A stretch of DNA of 64,000 nucleotides, taken from Eledone cirrhosa (lineage: Eukaryota). The notes under the pieces were generated by a model. That model saw nothing but the letters and a program-made list of their open reading frames with translations. It ran no database searches and was not told the DNA's origin. The stretch spans positions 387,314,001 through 387,378,000 of the forward strand of contig OZ024740.1 in the NCBI GenBank assembly GCA_964016885.1, given 5' to 3'. The position numbers were made by a program, and so were the translations under genes. The stretch's first letter is position 1. Every line of letters starts with the position of its first letter. Shown here in pieces: positions 25,594 to 38,819 of the stretch.

Positions 25594-27036
25594 TAACTTG
25601 TCTAAGAATAAAGTCCTAATATGTAGGAAGGAGAATAGCGCACTGGTCCCATCTGGAAAATGGCCATGCTCAGTGTGTAGGAAAGCAGTAGGCAGAAACT
25701 CTATTTTATGTCCCAAAGGCAAAGTATGGGTGCATAAAAGATGTAGTGGGATCACAGGTAAGCTAACTAAGAATATAGATTTATATGTGGCCGGTGCTCT
25801 GGTGCAATAAGTAGCAGCAAATGCCCACAGAATACTAGCCCATTCCATTGCCCAGATGGTTCTATAGAAATAGTGGACGCCTTCCGTTACCTGGGTGACA
25901 GAATCAGCAGTGGTAGAGGGTGCTCTGGAAGTACAGTAGCTAGAGTCCGAACGGGATGGAAAAAGTTCAGAGAGCTTATACCACTATTGGCCGCTAAGGG
26001 TTTCTCTCTAAAAATGAAAGGCAGGCTGTATGATGCCTGCATACGAACAGCAATGTTACATGGCAGTGAGACCTGAGCATTGTGTGCAGAGGATCTACAC
26101 AGACTGGAAAGGAAGGAAGCTTGCATGCTCCGCTGGATGTGTAATAGTAATTGTTTCTACGTTAGGCACAAGGCCAGCAAATATCCAGTGCATTACTGGT
26201 ACTTTATTTTATCGACCCCGTAAGGATGAAAGGCAAAGTTAACCTTGGCGGGATTTGAACTCAGAATGGCAAGGGCCGTAACTCTATACGTCAAAGCATG
26301 GCGTCCGACCCTCTACCAATACTGCCAATAATAGTCATATAAGCGAACGGCAAAGCATAAATGAACTAAGTGAGAAATTAGGAATAAGAGGGATCAGATG
26401 CTGTTTACTCGAGAGAAGACTACGTTGGTATGGTCACGTGATGCGCATAAAAGAGGACAGCTGTATAAAAAAGTGCAGGGTGATCAAAATAGACGGTAGC
26501 CATGGAGTAGGCAGACCCAGAAAAACCTGGGATGGCTTGATAAGTTCCGACCTCACACACTTACACCTCTCCAAGACAATGTCAGCGGACCGAGGTCTTT
26601 GGCGCTACACAGTAATACAGAAGACCCGCCTTGCCTAAGTACAAATCAAAACCTACAGTCAGTAGGCACTTCTTAACCAAAATACACCCCCGTCCCACTA
26701 CCCCTACTCCCACCGCCATCCACACCACCCCTTTCGATGTAAAGTTATGTTGGTACCACAACATCCAGTCCGAAACAAATGAGGTCGTGTAGGTGTCACG
26801 ACAAAAAAACACACAGTCCACGCTGTAATGTGGCCGTGTAGGTAACACGGTAAAAACCTCCCAGTCCACACTGTAAACATGGTTGGTATTAGGAAGGGCA
26901 TCCAGCCGTAGAAAACCCGCCAGACAGTCCTATACGAGCAAGACAACCAATCTTGCCTCAAGTGAGACAATTCCCATCCAGACCCATGCTAGCGTGGAAG
27001 ATGGACGTTAAACGATGATGATGATGATGATGATGA
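25594..27036 (+). mobile_element. RTE LINE 3' fragment (PHD, thumb region, 3' UTR) interrupted by a SINE
   Basis: Highly similar to 35495-36728; begins in (TA)n and ends in (GAT)n. Confidence 0.9.
26149..26328 (-). mobile_element. SINE S2 inserted into the RTE
   Basis: TSD TAATAGT at 26142-26148 and 26329-26335. Confidence 0.85.
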
Positions 27037-27096
27037 TATATACAACAAGCTTCTATACAGTTCAGTCTTCCAAATCTCACCCACAAGGCATTTGTA

Positions 27097-27323
27097 TCTT
27101 CACGCTCAGAGTTGCTGAAGCATGGAACAATCTACCTGCATCAGTTATTAGCTGTGGAGACACTGCATCCTTTAAAACCTCCATGCTTCCTGAGATTCGC
27201 CAACACTATACCTGATATCCCCCTCCATACACACGCACACATGTATATCATGACTCGTACACTGTTCCTTTTCCTGACATTTGTACATTATTCTATGTAC
27301 ACAATAATTTCATTATTATTATT
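27097..27323 (+). mobile_element. CR1-group LINE 3' fragment
   Basis: FTLRVAEAWNNLPAS..LPEIRQHYT* followed by an ATT tail. Confidence 0.85.
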
Positions 27324-27454
27324 TAAATAGAAGCTGTAGAAGATACTTCTCTCAAGGCACTACACAGTGTAACTGAACCCTAAACTAGGTTTTTGCCAAG
27401 TGCATTCCTTAACCTGACAGCCATCTCTGTACAATATATATTTCCTTGTTGTTG

Positions 27455-28020
27455 ACTGGTGATATACATACCTTCTGATGAATGTCAAATTAGATCCGAA
27501 AATCAATTAAAAGGTTATCATTTTTTCTCAAATTAACAGGGAAATTCGTATTTTCTGTCATGTTTACATACCTACATATTAGATATGTGTATATATATAT
27601 ATTTATACACGTTGATGCAGTCTCAGTTATGCACTCAGTATTTATGTAGATACAACTATATCATACACTTCAGTTGTTAGCTCACTTCCTAATATATATC
27701 TTAATTAATCACCAACACAACCACTAATTAGTATGTCCATTTCAAAATAATACTAAGAGCAAATGAGTGTGTATATATATATATATATACCTATCAAATA
27801 CATGTTTTATTGTGGGTAATTGGATGATATACACACCTTCTGATGAGGGTTCAGTTAGATCTAAAAATTGATTAAAGTTGTTTATTTTTTTTCAATTTAC
27901 AGAGAAATTCATATTTTCTGGCATGTTAACATACCTACATATTAGATATGTAAATATATTTATACACGTTAGTGCAGTCTCGGTTACTAAACTCTATATT
28001 TATACAGATATAACTTTATA
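27455..28020 (+). mobile_element. Two direct copies (365-bp spacing) of a hammerhead-bearing repeat, family F
   Basis: ACCTT CTGATGA..GATCC GAAA ATCAAT T.. AAGGT at 27470-27515 and a decayed copy at 27835-27880. About 200 bp of homology around each motif. Confidence 0.65.
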
Positions 28021-28426
28021 TTTCTTCTACTTTATTAGTTAGGGTGAAATATCTCTTTAAAATGTACTGGTTTCACAGATAATGATAACTTAGTCTAGTT
28101 AATGTGTAATTTGAACTATTACATAGGGAGTGAGGTAGGGTGAAGATAATAGTGTGAAAGTGTAAGCAAGGGCTTCTGTCTGTAAAACTGGTCATTAATT
28201 CATTAACTTGCTACTTTGAGTTCAAAGTACTGGTCAACACTAGGCTACAGGGTACCAAACAGTGGAATCAAACTCAGAATCATGTAATTCAAAAGCAAAC
28301 TTCTTAAACATATGTTTATATGTTGATGAGTTTGTGTATGTATGTATTTATATATATATAGTGTGTGTGGGTAGCACAGTGAATTACTGGTGTTGGTACC
28401 AAATCAAGTATTCTATACACAGGCAG

Positions 28427-28655
28427 AGTGTATATAATAAAAACAAACGAGGAAGTTTTGTCTACATATGAAAAATATTTATTGTGTATCAACCTATTAA
28501 GTACGTTTCGCAGAGGATTAGCTCATCACCGTCAGGTCCATAACTCCTATGGGTTACCTTGAGCCGATCCTCTGCAAAACGCATATAACAGGTCGATACA
28601 CAATAAATATTTTTCACATGTAGACGAAACTTCCTCATTTTTTTCTATTATATAT
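28427..28655. mobile_element. Inverted pair of Penelope-like fragments with a decayed hammerhead (28493-28536, minus)
   Basis: 28427-28525 is the diverged reverse complement of 28560-28655. Minus strand reads GTGATGA GC..GC GAAA CG. Confidence 0.5.
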
Positions 28656-28694
28656 ACATACATACACATATATATATATATCTGTATGTAGTTG

Positions 28695-29915
28695 ACGGCT
28701 GAAAGTTTTCTTCTTCTTTGCCCACTTACTCCTAAGAGGGTCATGGGGGAAAAGTCTTCAAACACTCAAACCAGCGTGTTCTGTCAGAAGCAACTGTCTC
28801 CAACTGATCCAGCTGGATCCCCCTGCAAGACCAGCCAAGCTCAGGAATGTTATCCAACCATCTTCCTCAGGGTCTACTCCTGGGTCTCTGACCAGTTGGT
28901 TTTGCCCATAAAATCTGTCCAGCAATTCTTTCTTGAGACATTCTAAACACATGCTCATAGTATTGGAACTGTGATCTCTCAATTCAGAGATGTAGCGGCT
29001 CTACCTGGAGTAACTCTCTGATCTCTGAACTATGCACTCTATCGAGTAATGTTTCTCAAAAGGCCCTTTGGAGAAACCCCTTTACAGCTGCTTGTATTCA
29101 CGATTGCATTTTTCAGTCATTTCCCAAGATTCTAGACCATAGGTAAGGGTTGGCACGAATACTGAATTGAAGATAGCGAGTTTGGCTTTTACACCTACCT
29201 CTTTAAGTGCAAGAATTGCAGGAGCTGGTGCATTACTGCACCAGCTCCTGCAATTCTTGCACTTAATTCATTCTCCTGCCTTCCACCACTCTTGAACATG
29301 TCCCCGAGATACTTAAACTTATCCACCTGCTTCATTGGAACTCCATTTACATTTAGGGTGCACTGCGCAGGCTTCCTTGAGAGGACAAGAGTCTCAGTTT
29401 TCATAGCACTGATTTTCATTCCAGCCATGCAGCACTCAACATCAGACCTATCAAGTGCAACTCAGAGTCACCTTCTGTCGAGTTAAGTAACACCATATCG
29501 TCTGCAAATTCCAGCCTACTGATTTTACACTCGCCAGTCATGATACCACTTCCAACTCAGTTGCACATATCAATCCTGTTCATGTAAATAATGAACACGA
29601 GAGGTGACAGTATGCACCCTTGGCGGAGTCCGACTCCAACATTGAATAGTTTCGATTTAGCACCATTTATCCAAACACAAATACTCGGCCATTCGCACAG
29701 AAACATCAGAGCAGCAAGAAACTGACCAACAATCCCATACTTCCGCAGAATCTTCCACAGCAGGTCTCGAGAAATGAGGTCACATGCCTTTTCATGGTCA
29801 ACAAAACAAGAATATACCTCTTGGCAATGCTCTCATGATTTCTCAAAGACTTGCCGCAGTGTGAATAGTTGACTGATTGTGCTGCGTCCAGGGCAAAAAC
29901 ACTGTTCATCAGTGG
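28695..29915 (-). mobile_element. RTE-clade LINE (second family), degenerate RT and 3' end
   Basis: VGVGLRQGC, FADD, MKISAMKTETLVL, VDKFKYLG. Confidence 0.85.
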
Positions 29916-29924
29916 TGTATTTTT

Positions 29925-32740
29925 GACGAGGTGTATTTTTGTTAGAGGTGCCTACTCACCGTAGGTTTCGCTTTGTACTTAGGCAAGGCAGGTCTTCTGT
30001 ATTACTGTGTAGCGCCAAAGATCTCGGTCCGCTGACATTGTCTTGGAGAGGTGTAAGTGTGTGAGGTCGGAATTTATCAAGTCGTCCCAGGTTTTTCTGG
30101 GTCTGCCTACTCCGTGGCTACCGTCTATTTTTATCGCCCTGCACTTTTTTATACAGCTGTCGTCTTTCATGCGCATCACGTGACTGTACCAAACTAGAAC
30201 TTTAGTCTTAGACAGGTTAATTTTAAGGCCTTTTGATTCTAGGCCATGCTTCTATGTTTGGAATTTCTTCTCTAGTTCAGCCATTGATTCAGCTATGAGC
30301 GTTAGATCATCTGCGTATAGGAGTTCCCATGGGCAGCCGGTCTTAAACTCCTCTGTTATAGCCTGAAGGCCAATAATAAATAGTAGGGGGCTAAGGACGG
30401 AGCCCTGATGAACACCAACTTTTACGCTAAACTCTTCACTTTATTCGTTGTTAATTCTAACCTTGCTGACTGTTTCTTTATACATGGCTTGTATAGCTCT
30501 CACAAGCCATTCATCAACACCTAGTTTTCTAAGGGCCCACCAGATAATCGAGCGGGGTACTCTGTCAAAGGCTTTCTCCAAGTCAACAAAAGCTAAGTAT
30601 AGAGGTTTACTTTTAGCTAGGTACTTATCCTGCAGTTGTCGTACAATGAAAAGAGCGTCTGTTGTACTTTTACCTGACACAAACCCGAACTGCATTTCAT
30701 CTAGATCAATTCGCTCTCTGATTAGTTGTGCTATTACTTTTTCTGTGACCTTCATGACCTGGTCAATTAATTTAATGCCTCTATAGTTTCCCCTATCTAG
30801 GGCATCTCCTTTACCCTTGTAGCAGTTAATGATGATGCTGCTACGCCAGTCCTTCGGAACGACCCCATTCTGTATGACTTGGTTTACTATCCGGGTGACC
30901 ATAGTGTGTCCCACCGTTCCAGATGCTTTCAGAATTTCAGCAACTATTTCCAAAGGCCCAGCCGCCTTGCCTGTCTTCATGTCTTTGGTCACCTTACTTA
31001 TTATACTACCTTCAACTTGCACTGCTGGTCCCTCTATTGGATTTATGTGGAGGAGACTGTCTTTCTCCCAATTATTCTCCTCATTTAGTAGCCTTTCGTA
31101 GTGACACTTCCAAGCTACCTTCTAATCAGCGTCAGTGATGGCCAGTACACCATCATCATTAAGGACACACTTCTCCCCGACAATATCATGGTTTTCCTTG
31201 ACACATTGCCTCACGTTTTTGGTCCTCGCGTTGTAGAACATGCTTGAACTTTCTTTCCTCTGCTTCCCTTCTTGCGAAGTACACTTGTCTCCTAGCTTCC
31301 CTCCTGGCCACTTGATAGTCTTCTCTACTTCCCCCATCCCGCCATGCTTTCCAAGCCTGCTTTTTGGCCTTGATTGACCCCTCCACCTTACTGTTCCACC
31401 TTCAAGTTACTCTCCTCCTGCCTATAGGCCTGCTCCAGCCACAGGTTTCATCTGTCGCCTTCAGCAGGTTAGCTTTCAGGAATTCCCACTGTTCCTCTAT
31501 ATTGTACGACTCTAATTGCTCTTCCTTACTATCAAAAGCATCAAGTAATATGCTTTTAAATTTATTACTGGCTGTGGGGTCCTTTAGCTTTCATATTTTT
31601 CTCCTGAGGATAGTCTCTTCTGTTGTCGAGTATGTCTAGTCCTGACTATGAGGTCGCTAATTATCAGTCTATGTTGAGAGGAGCATTCTTCATGGGGGAG
31701 GGATTTAGTATTTACAACAGACACTCTGTCATGTCTTCTGGTAAGGATATAATCTACCTGGCTGGTGTGTTCCTCTGATTTATAGGTGATCAAGTGATTG
31801 TCTCGTTTTTTGAAGTTAGTGTTACAGATAGTTAGGTTATTTGCGTCACAGAATTCCAGGATTCTGGAGCCTTCCTCATTTGTAGTACCAAATCCATAGC
31901 CTCCATGGATTCCGTCATAGCCGTCACAATGTTGTCCAACGTGACCATTTAGGTCGCCAGCGATAACTATGTAGTCACTGTCGGTTATTTGGGAGGTAGT
32001 GAGCAGTAACGTCTCATAGAATCTGTCTTTTATAACCGGATTGTGGTGCATACGCAGATATTATTGTCACAGTAGTTCTATTGAGGACAAGTCTTATTTT
32101 AATTATTCTGTCGTTCACTCTATTTACGTCTATTATCTCATCTGCCCCCTTTTCTGCTACCATGATTCCTACTCCACCTAGCCCATTGTCATTTCCCACC
32201 CAGAAAAGCTTATAGCATCGTTTTTTACCCACAATGAATCTAGCAGACCTACCCCTCCACCTGGTCTCTTGAATACAGCAAACATCAACCTTCTTACGTT
32301 CAAGCATTTCTACAACCTCGTTAGAGCGACCTTTTAAGGTACCTATATTCATGGTACCAACTCTGAAGTTTTGGATTGCGTTTGGAGGGTGGGAGCGGTG
32401 GGGCGCAGGGAGGAGGTGTATGGGGGGGGGGTTATGTTGGCCATCCGCGGCCGAAATAAAGAGGAGGAGTCCTTGCATTCTCGTCTGGCAGCATGAGGTG
32501 AATTTGTCTTTATCTTTGGCATTGTCACTGAGTGTCAGATTTTTTCTTTTCAAACTCTCCAGAATTCCGTAGTCCATCCATCATATCGAAAGGCAACCAG
32601 GTCTAAACTTAAGTGATAGCATAGGCTGCTGACTTATGATTGGCCCACGTAATAATGGTGGTGAGTGGTGGCAGGTGGGAGGGATATGGGTTAGTTAGCG
32701 AGAAGGTTTAAATAAAATCCTCGAATTTTGGGCATAATTT
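29925..32740 (-). mobile_element. Near full-length RTE LINE (5' region, APE endonuclease, RT) with frameshifts and an internal deletion of the PHD/thumb segment
   Basis: VGTMNIGTL, CIQETRW, AGDLNGHVG, QVDYIL, SQHRL; NYRGIKL, FVDLEKAFDRVP, YADD. The sequence jumps from KTKVLV to WYSHVMRM at about 30190. Confidence 0.92.
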
Positions 32741-33725
32741 ATCAAGCATATACATACATATATTTACCCATAAATGTGTATATATGTATGTATGCATGCA
32801 TATATGCATGTATGTACCTGTTACTCCTCATAGAATTGTAGAGGTGCTATAGTGACATGCAGCAATTAATGGGTGTTTTTTAAACCTAGCAGAGCCCATA
32901 CCCTCTCCAGGTCTGAACACAGCTGATTTTTTCCAGCGAGGGATAGAAAGAGAGGAGGTGAAAAAGATATATAGAAGAACTGATCCCAATTTTTATCGAC
33001 CTTGAAGTTGGCTGTGACAGGATCTGAGCTCAGTATCGGAACGAATACCCCAAAGCATTCCATCCGCCATTCTAATGCCAATTCCTCGACCTCATATATC
33101 ATCATCACCATCATCATCATTTAACGTCCATTTTCCATGCTAGCATGGGTTAGACAGTTTGTCCTATTTGAAGCAAGTTGGGTCAGGTTATCGTTGGATT
33201 CCCAATATATATCAGGAGGTGACCACAGTTAAAAAGAGTTACTCAATACATCAGTAGAGTATAGGCAAATTCATTTTATTATAGAAATGATTTCTACAAA
33301 ACTAGACCAGATAGTCTCTACTTTCACCCTTTCGAAGGATCTTCGAAAGCTGAAACATTCTAAAATCTGTTGGTCCAGATGTGATTTCCAAATATCATAT
33401 CGAAACTTTAGAAAGACATGACAGATGAACAAGAGAATGTGAAGTAGAACTTCAAGTGCAAATATAGAGATTGATTATACAATAAATTTGACATCATTTG
33501 ATAAGGTGAAGAGAACTAGTTCAAGCTTACTCATGAGGTAGCAGTGTAAATTAAGTAAGTTGAATATATATATATATCCAGGTAGTGTAACGTGGAGTTA
33601 CTGAAGGTTCACCCGGGTGAGTACTCAATGTTTAGGTTCACATCAGTATTGAGGTGTAGAGCTAGACAGAGTGTAATATAATAAAACAAGGACGAGTGGT
33701 TACTCCTTCATTATGTTTATTGGTT

Positions 33726-33793
33726 GGTGACAAGCGTTTCGCTACTGACCAGTTCGATCTGTCCTGACTCTGGAATCAAAAGCTCATTGGACC
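33726..33793 (-). ncRNA. Decayed hammerhead motif, family H
   Basis: GGT CCAATGA GCT..long stem II..AGC GAAA CGCTTG TC ACC. Stems and GUC site are present; the CUGA box is mutated. Confidence 0.5.
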
Positions 33794-33918
33794 TCTGTAG
33801 TAGAATGACAGAATACATATATAAATGTATCTGTAAAATTAAAAACGAACTAGTGAAACAAACGGCACAGTACATGGAAGAAATATATTAGTTTAACACT
33901 TGAAATAGCAGGAAGAGA

Positions 33919-33956
33919 GTCTTAACGTTTTGGACACTAGTCCCTCATCAGAAGAC
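33919..33956 (-). ncRNA. Minimal type-I hammerhead motif, family A copy 2 (repeat spans about 33830-34070)
   Basis: GTCTT CTGATGA G GGAC-TAGT-GTCC AAAA CGT T AAGAC. 5-bp stem I, palindromic ACGT stem III, G12 replaced by A. Confidence 0.75.
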
Positions 33957-34080
33957 AGTTAGAAATAGAAGATAAAAAGAAAGTAAAGACTGATGAGAGG
34001 AAGGAATAGGGAAAGTGGAAAAAAGAAAATTGGGGAGAAAAAAACCCACATGCGTATTCAGTCGGCTATCATGATATAAT

Positions 34081-34217
34081 GAAGGAAATGTGGTAAGGAA
34101 CCAGGTGGACCATAACGCACCAAAGTACTCAATACTTAGGGTAGTAGAGTGGGTGATAAGGAACAAGTAAGACCCCGACGGCTGAGCTCAAGCCGTTTCG
34201 ACGGCTAATTCTGTACT
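34081..34217. mobile_element. Penelope-like LTR fragment, same family as 4833-5017
   Basis: Near-identical to 4833-4965; a more distant relative lies at 49458-49510. Confidence 0.6.
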
Positions 34218-34261
34218 ATCATGATATATATATATATATTTATGTATATACACATATATAT

Positions 34262-34605
34262 GGAGGCACATGGCTTAATGGTTAGAGCATTGGCTTTGCA
34301 ATCGAAAGGTTGTGAGTTCAATTCTCAGACCGGGTGATGTGTTGTTTCCTTGAGCAAGACACTTTATTTCACATTGCTCCAGTTTACTCAGCTGTAGAAA
34401 TGAGATGATAGGGACTGGGGTCCCTATCATTCCACTGCAAAGTGGTCGTGAAGGTGCCACGGCAAAAAAGCACCCAGCACTCACTGTAAATGAGGTTGGT
34501 GTTAGGAAGGGCATCCAGCTGTAGAAATCATGCCAGAATCAGTTCCCGTCCCACCCTTGCAAGCAGGGAAAAGCGGACGTAAAATGAAATGAAAATGAAA
34601 TGATG
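34262..34605 (+). mobile_element. SINE S1, full length
   Basis: tRNA-like head, CORE-like centre, RTE-derived tail. Confidence 0.88.
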
Positions 34606-34834
34606 AATGGGTTAGATGGGTTGTCATGTTCTGCGACAAGACAGGCAGGTCAGAACAACTGTGTCTTGCTCATAATTTCCATTTTAGCATAGTTTCTATG
34701 GCTGAAGCTCTTCCTAGTGCTAACCACTTCACAATTTATGCGTCTGACATCTGTTTTAATGAAGATGATATGATTATATATATTTAACTGTACTCCTTGT
34801 TCTTGTTATTTACTTTTCCAACATATATATATAT

Positions 34835-36728
34835 CAAGTCGTACAGAATGGGGTTGTTCCGAAGGACTGGCATAGCAGCATCATCGTTAACTGTTATAAG
34901 GGTAAAGGAGATGCCCTAGATAGGAGTAACTATAGAGGCATTAAATTAATCGACCAGGTCATGAAGGTCACGGAAAAAGTAATAGCGCAACTAATCAGAG
35001 AGAGAATTGACCTAGATGAAATGCAGTTCGGGTTTGTGTCAGGCAAAAGTACCACAGACGCTCTTTTCATTGTACGACAACTACAGGAGAAGTACCTAGC
35101 TAAAGGTAAACCCCTCTACTTAGCTTTTGTCGACTTGGAGAAAGCCTTCGACAGAGTCCCCCGCTCCATTATCTGGTGGGCTCTTAGAAAACTAGGCGTT
35201 GACGAATGGCTTGTGAGGACTATACAAGCCATGTATAAAGAAACAGTCAGCAAGGTTAGAATTAACAACGAATATAGTGAAGAGTTTAGCGTAAAAGTTG
35301 GCGTCCATCAGGGCTCTGTTCTCAGCCCCCTACTATTTATTATTGCCCTTCAGGCTATAACAGAGGAGTTCAAGACCGGCTGCCCATGGGAACTCCTATA
35401 CGCAGACGACCTGACACTCATAGCGGAATCAATGGCCGAGCTAGAGAAGAAATTCCAAACATGGAAGCACGGCCTAGAGTCAAAAGGACTTAAAATTAAC
35501 CTGGCTAAGACTAAAGTTCTAGTTTGTAGGAAAGAAAACAAGGCGGCGGTCCCTTCTGGGAAATGGTCGTGCTCGGTGTGTAGGAAAGGCGTAGGTAGAA
35601 ACTCCATTTTATGTCCTAAATGCAAAGTATGGGTGCATAAAAGATGTAGTGGGATCACAGGTAAGCTAACTAAGAACATAGATTTTACATGTGGCCGGTG
35701 TTCTGATGCAATAAGTAGCAGCAAGTGCCCACAAAATACTAGCTCTTTCAATTGCGCAGAGGGTTCTATAGAAATAGTGGACAGCTTCCGTTACCTGGGC
35801 GATAAAATCAGCAGTGGGGGAGGGTGCTCTGAAAGTACAGTAGCTAGAGTCAGAACTGGTTGGAAAAAGTTCAGAGAGCTTATACCACTATTAGCTGCTA
35901 AAGGGTTCTCCCTAAAAACGAAAGGCAGGTTGTACGATGCCTGCATACGAACAGCAATGTTGCATGGCAGTGAGACCTGGGCATTGTGTGCAGAGGATAT
36001 ACGCAGACTAGAGAGGAACGAAGCTTGCATGCTCCGCTGGATGTGTAACAGTAATATACGTGAACGGCAAAGCATAAACGAACTAAGGAAAAAATTAGAG
36101 ATAAGAGGGATCAGATGTTGTTTACTCGAGAGAAGGCTACGTTGGTATGGACACGTGATGCGCATGAAAGTCGATAGCTGTATAACAAAGTGCAGGGCAA
36201 TAAAGATAGACGGTAGCCACGGAATAGGCAGACCTAGAAAAACCTGGGACGAGCTGATAAACTCCGACATCACACACTTACACCTCTCCAAGACAATGTC
36301 ACTGGACCGAGACCTTTGGCGGTACTCAGTAACAGAGAAGACCCGCCTTACCTAAATACATAGTAAAACCTACTCCAGCCAGTAGGCATCTCTAACCCCC
36401 ACCCCATCCATACCACCCCGTTCTATGTAAAGTTATGTTGGTGCCGCGCCATCCAGGCCGAAACAAATGAGATCGTGTAGGTGTCACGACAAAAAAACAC
36501 ACAGTCCACGCTGTAATGTGGCCGTGTAGGCAACACGGTAAAAACCTCCCAGACCCACAGTGTAAATGTGGTTGGTGTTAGGAAGGGCATCCAACTGTTG
36601 AAAACCTGCCAGACAGTCCTATGCGAGCAAGACAATCACTCTTGCCTCAAGTGGGACTACCCCCGTCCAAACCCATGCAAGCGTGGAACACGGACGTTAA
36701 ACGTTGATGATGATGATGATGATGATGA
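34835..36728 (+). mobile_element. Young 5'-truncated RTE LINE: uninterrupted RT + PHD frame 34835-36355, 3' UTR, (GAT)n tail
   Basis: No stops or frameshifts over about 500 codons; FVDLEKAFDRVP, GVHQGSVLSP, YADD. Embedded in (TA)n at both ends. Confidence 0.95.
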
Positions 36729-36875
36729 TATATATATATATATATATATATATAATACATACATGCATTACATTTTAAGTCTGATGTCAGTTTTGATGAT
36801 ATATATATATATATGTAAAAGATAAACAGAAATAACAACACAATCGGTACAGCATATGGAAGGAATATATATATA

Positions 36876-37165
36876 TCATTATCATCATCTTCGTTTAACG
36901 TCCATTTTCCACGCTAGCATGGGTTAGACGGAAGTTGTCCCACTTGAGGCAAGGTTGGTTGGGTGACCGTGTCTCGCTCATATAGGACTATCTGGCAGGT
37001 TTTCTACGGCTGGATGCCCTTCCTAACACCAACCACATTTACAGTGTGGAACTGGGAACGTTTTACCGTGTTACCTACACGACCACATTACAGCGTCAAC
37101 TGTGTGTTTTTTTTCTCGTGACACCTACACAATCTCGATCTCATTATCTCATTTGTTTGGACTGG
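36876..37165 (-). mobile_element. RTE 3' UTR fragment
   Basis: Reverse complement of 36455-36720. Confidence 0.8.
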
Positions 37166-38245
37166 AATATATATATATATATAATACACACAAATGCATA
37201 ATATTACATGCAGTCAACTTCAAGTTAGGTGAGTAAAGATCACACACACACACAGACACACACCTGCTGTCAGCTATAACAAGTGTCGACAGAAGAAACC
37301 ACTTTCAATTCAAGGCATGACATTTTCCAGCTGACTTCATTGTCAGAGAGCTTTGACAACACATGCATGCTGCAGCCTTCCTTTCAACTTGCACATTCTC
37401 TCTATATATATATATTTCTCTCCTCGCTCTCTCTCTCTCTCTCCCTCTCTCATACAGCTAAAGACCCAGTTAGTTATAATGCAGTGAACTGTGCTATATC
37501 CAAATAGAGAAACTAGCACAAGAAGAACATTTTCCTCTCCTGTGCTACTAAAACAATTTCTAAAAGCAGGATGATGATAGTTGCTTGATGCACGTGGTCT
37601 TAGTGCAGTGAACACTCTGAAGTGAAATATTATAGTGTTGAGATCAAACGAGTTTAAAAAAAAGGACTAACTTTTTTGACAAATACTACATAACTGGAGA
37701 TTTCATGTTGGTACAGAAATATAGTCATAATTTATAACTAAATAATTGACTTCCTATATGTAATACAATGAATTGATTCCTTGCCTTATTGTGAGTTTAT
37801 GTGTGAGTGGGCATAATTGATGACTCATCCTCATTTCTTATGAATGACACATGCAAACAAGAATACATAGATACATATATACACACATGAATTTATTTAT
37901 AAATACAGATCTATACAAATTCACAATACTATGTACGTATATATATATCATCATCATCATCACTTAACATCCGCTTTCACTGCTAGCAATATATATATAT
38001 ATATATATATAAACACATGCACACATTTATATATGTATGAATTTCTCCAGTTTATAATAGATACACTGTATCTCTGTGTCATAAGAAGTGACTAAAAGGG
38101 TTGGTATCAGGTTGGGCATCCGACTAAAACACTGTCACAAAAAATCCCATCCAACCCATGCCAACACAGAAAAATCAACATAAAAATGATGATGATAATG
38201 ATTATATACATATATATACATACATACATATATATATATACATAT

Positions 38246-38309
<64 letters not shown>

Positions 38310-38312
38310 GTG

Positions 38313-38363
<51 letters not shown>

Positions 38364-38365
<2 letters not shown>

Positions 38366-38708
38366 CATCATCATCATCATCATCATTTTATGTCCGCTTT
38401 TCCCTGCTTGCAAGGGTGGGACGGGAATTGATTCTGGCTTGATTTCTACAGCTGGATGCCCTTCCTAACACCAATCTCATTTACAGTGAGTGCTGGGTGC
38501 TTTTTTTCCGTGGCACCTCCACGACCACTTTGCAGTGGAATGATAGGGACCCCAGTCCCTATCATCTCATTTCTACAGCTGAGTAAACTGGAGCAATGTG
38601 AAATAAAGTGTCTTGCTCAAGGAAACAACACATCACCCGGTCTGAGAATTGAACTCACAACCTTTCGATTGCAAAGCCAATGCTCTAACCACTAAGCCAT
38701 GTGCCTCC
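38364..38708 (-). mobile_element. SINE S1, full length
   Basis: Near-identical reverse complement of 34262-34605. Confidence 0.88.
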
Positions 38709-38819
38709 ATGAAGATGGGCTTCATACTATTTCTACCAATTTCATTTAAAAGGTCTTGGTCAACTTGAAGCTATAGTAGAAAACACTTACTCAAAGTACC
38801 ACACATACATATGTGTGTG

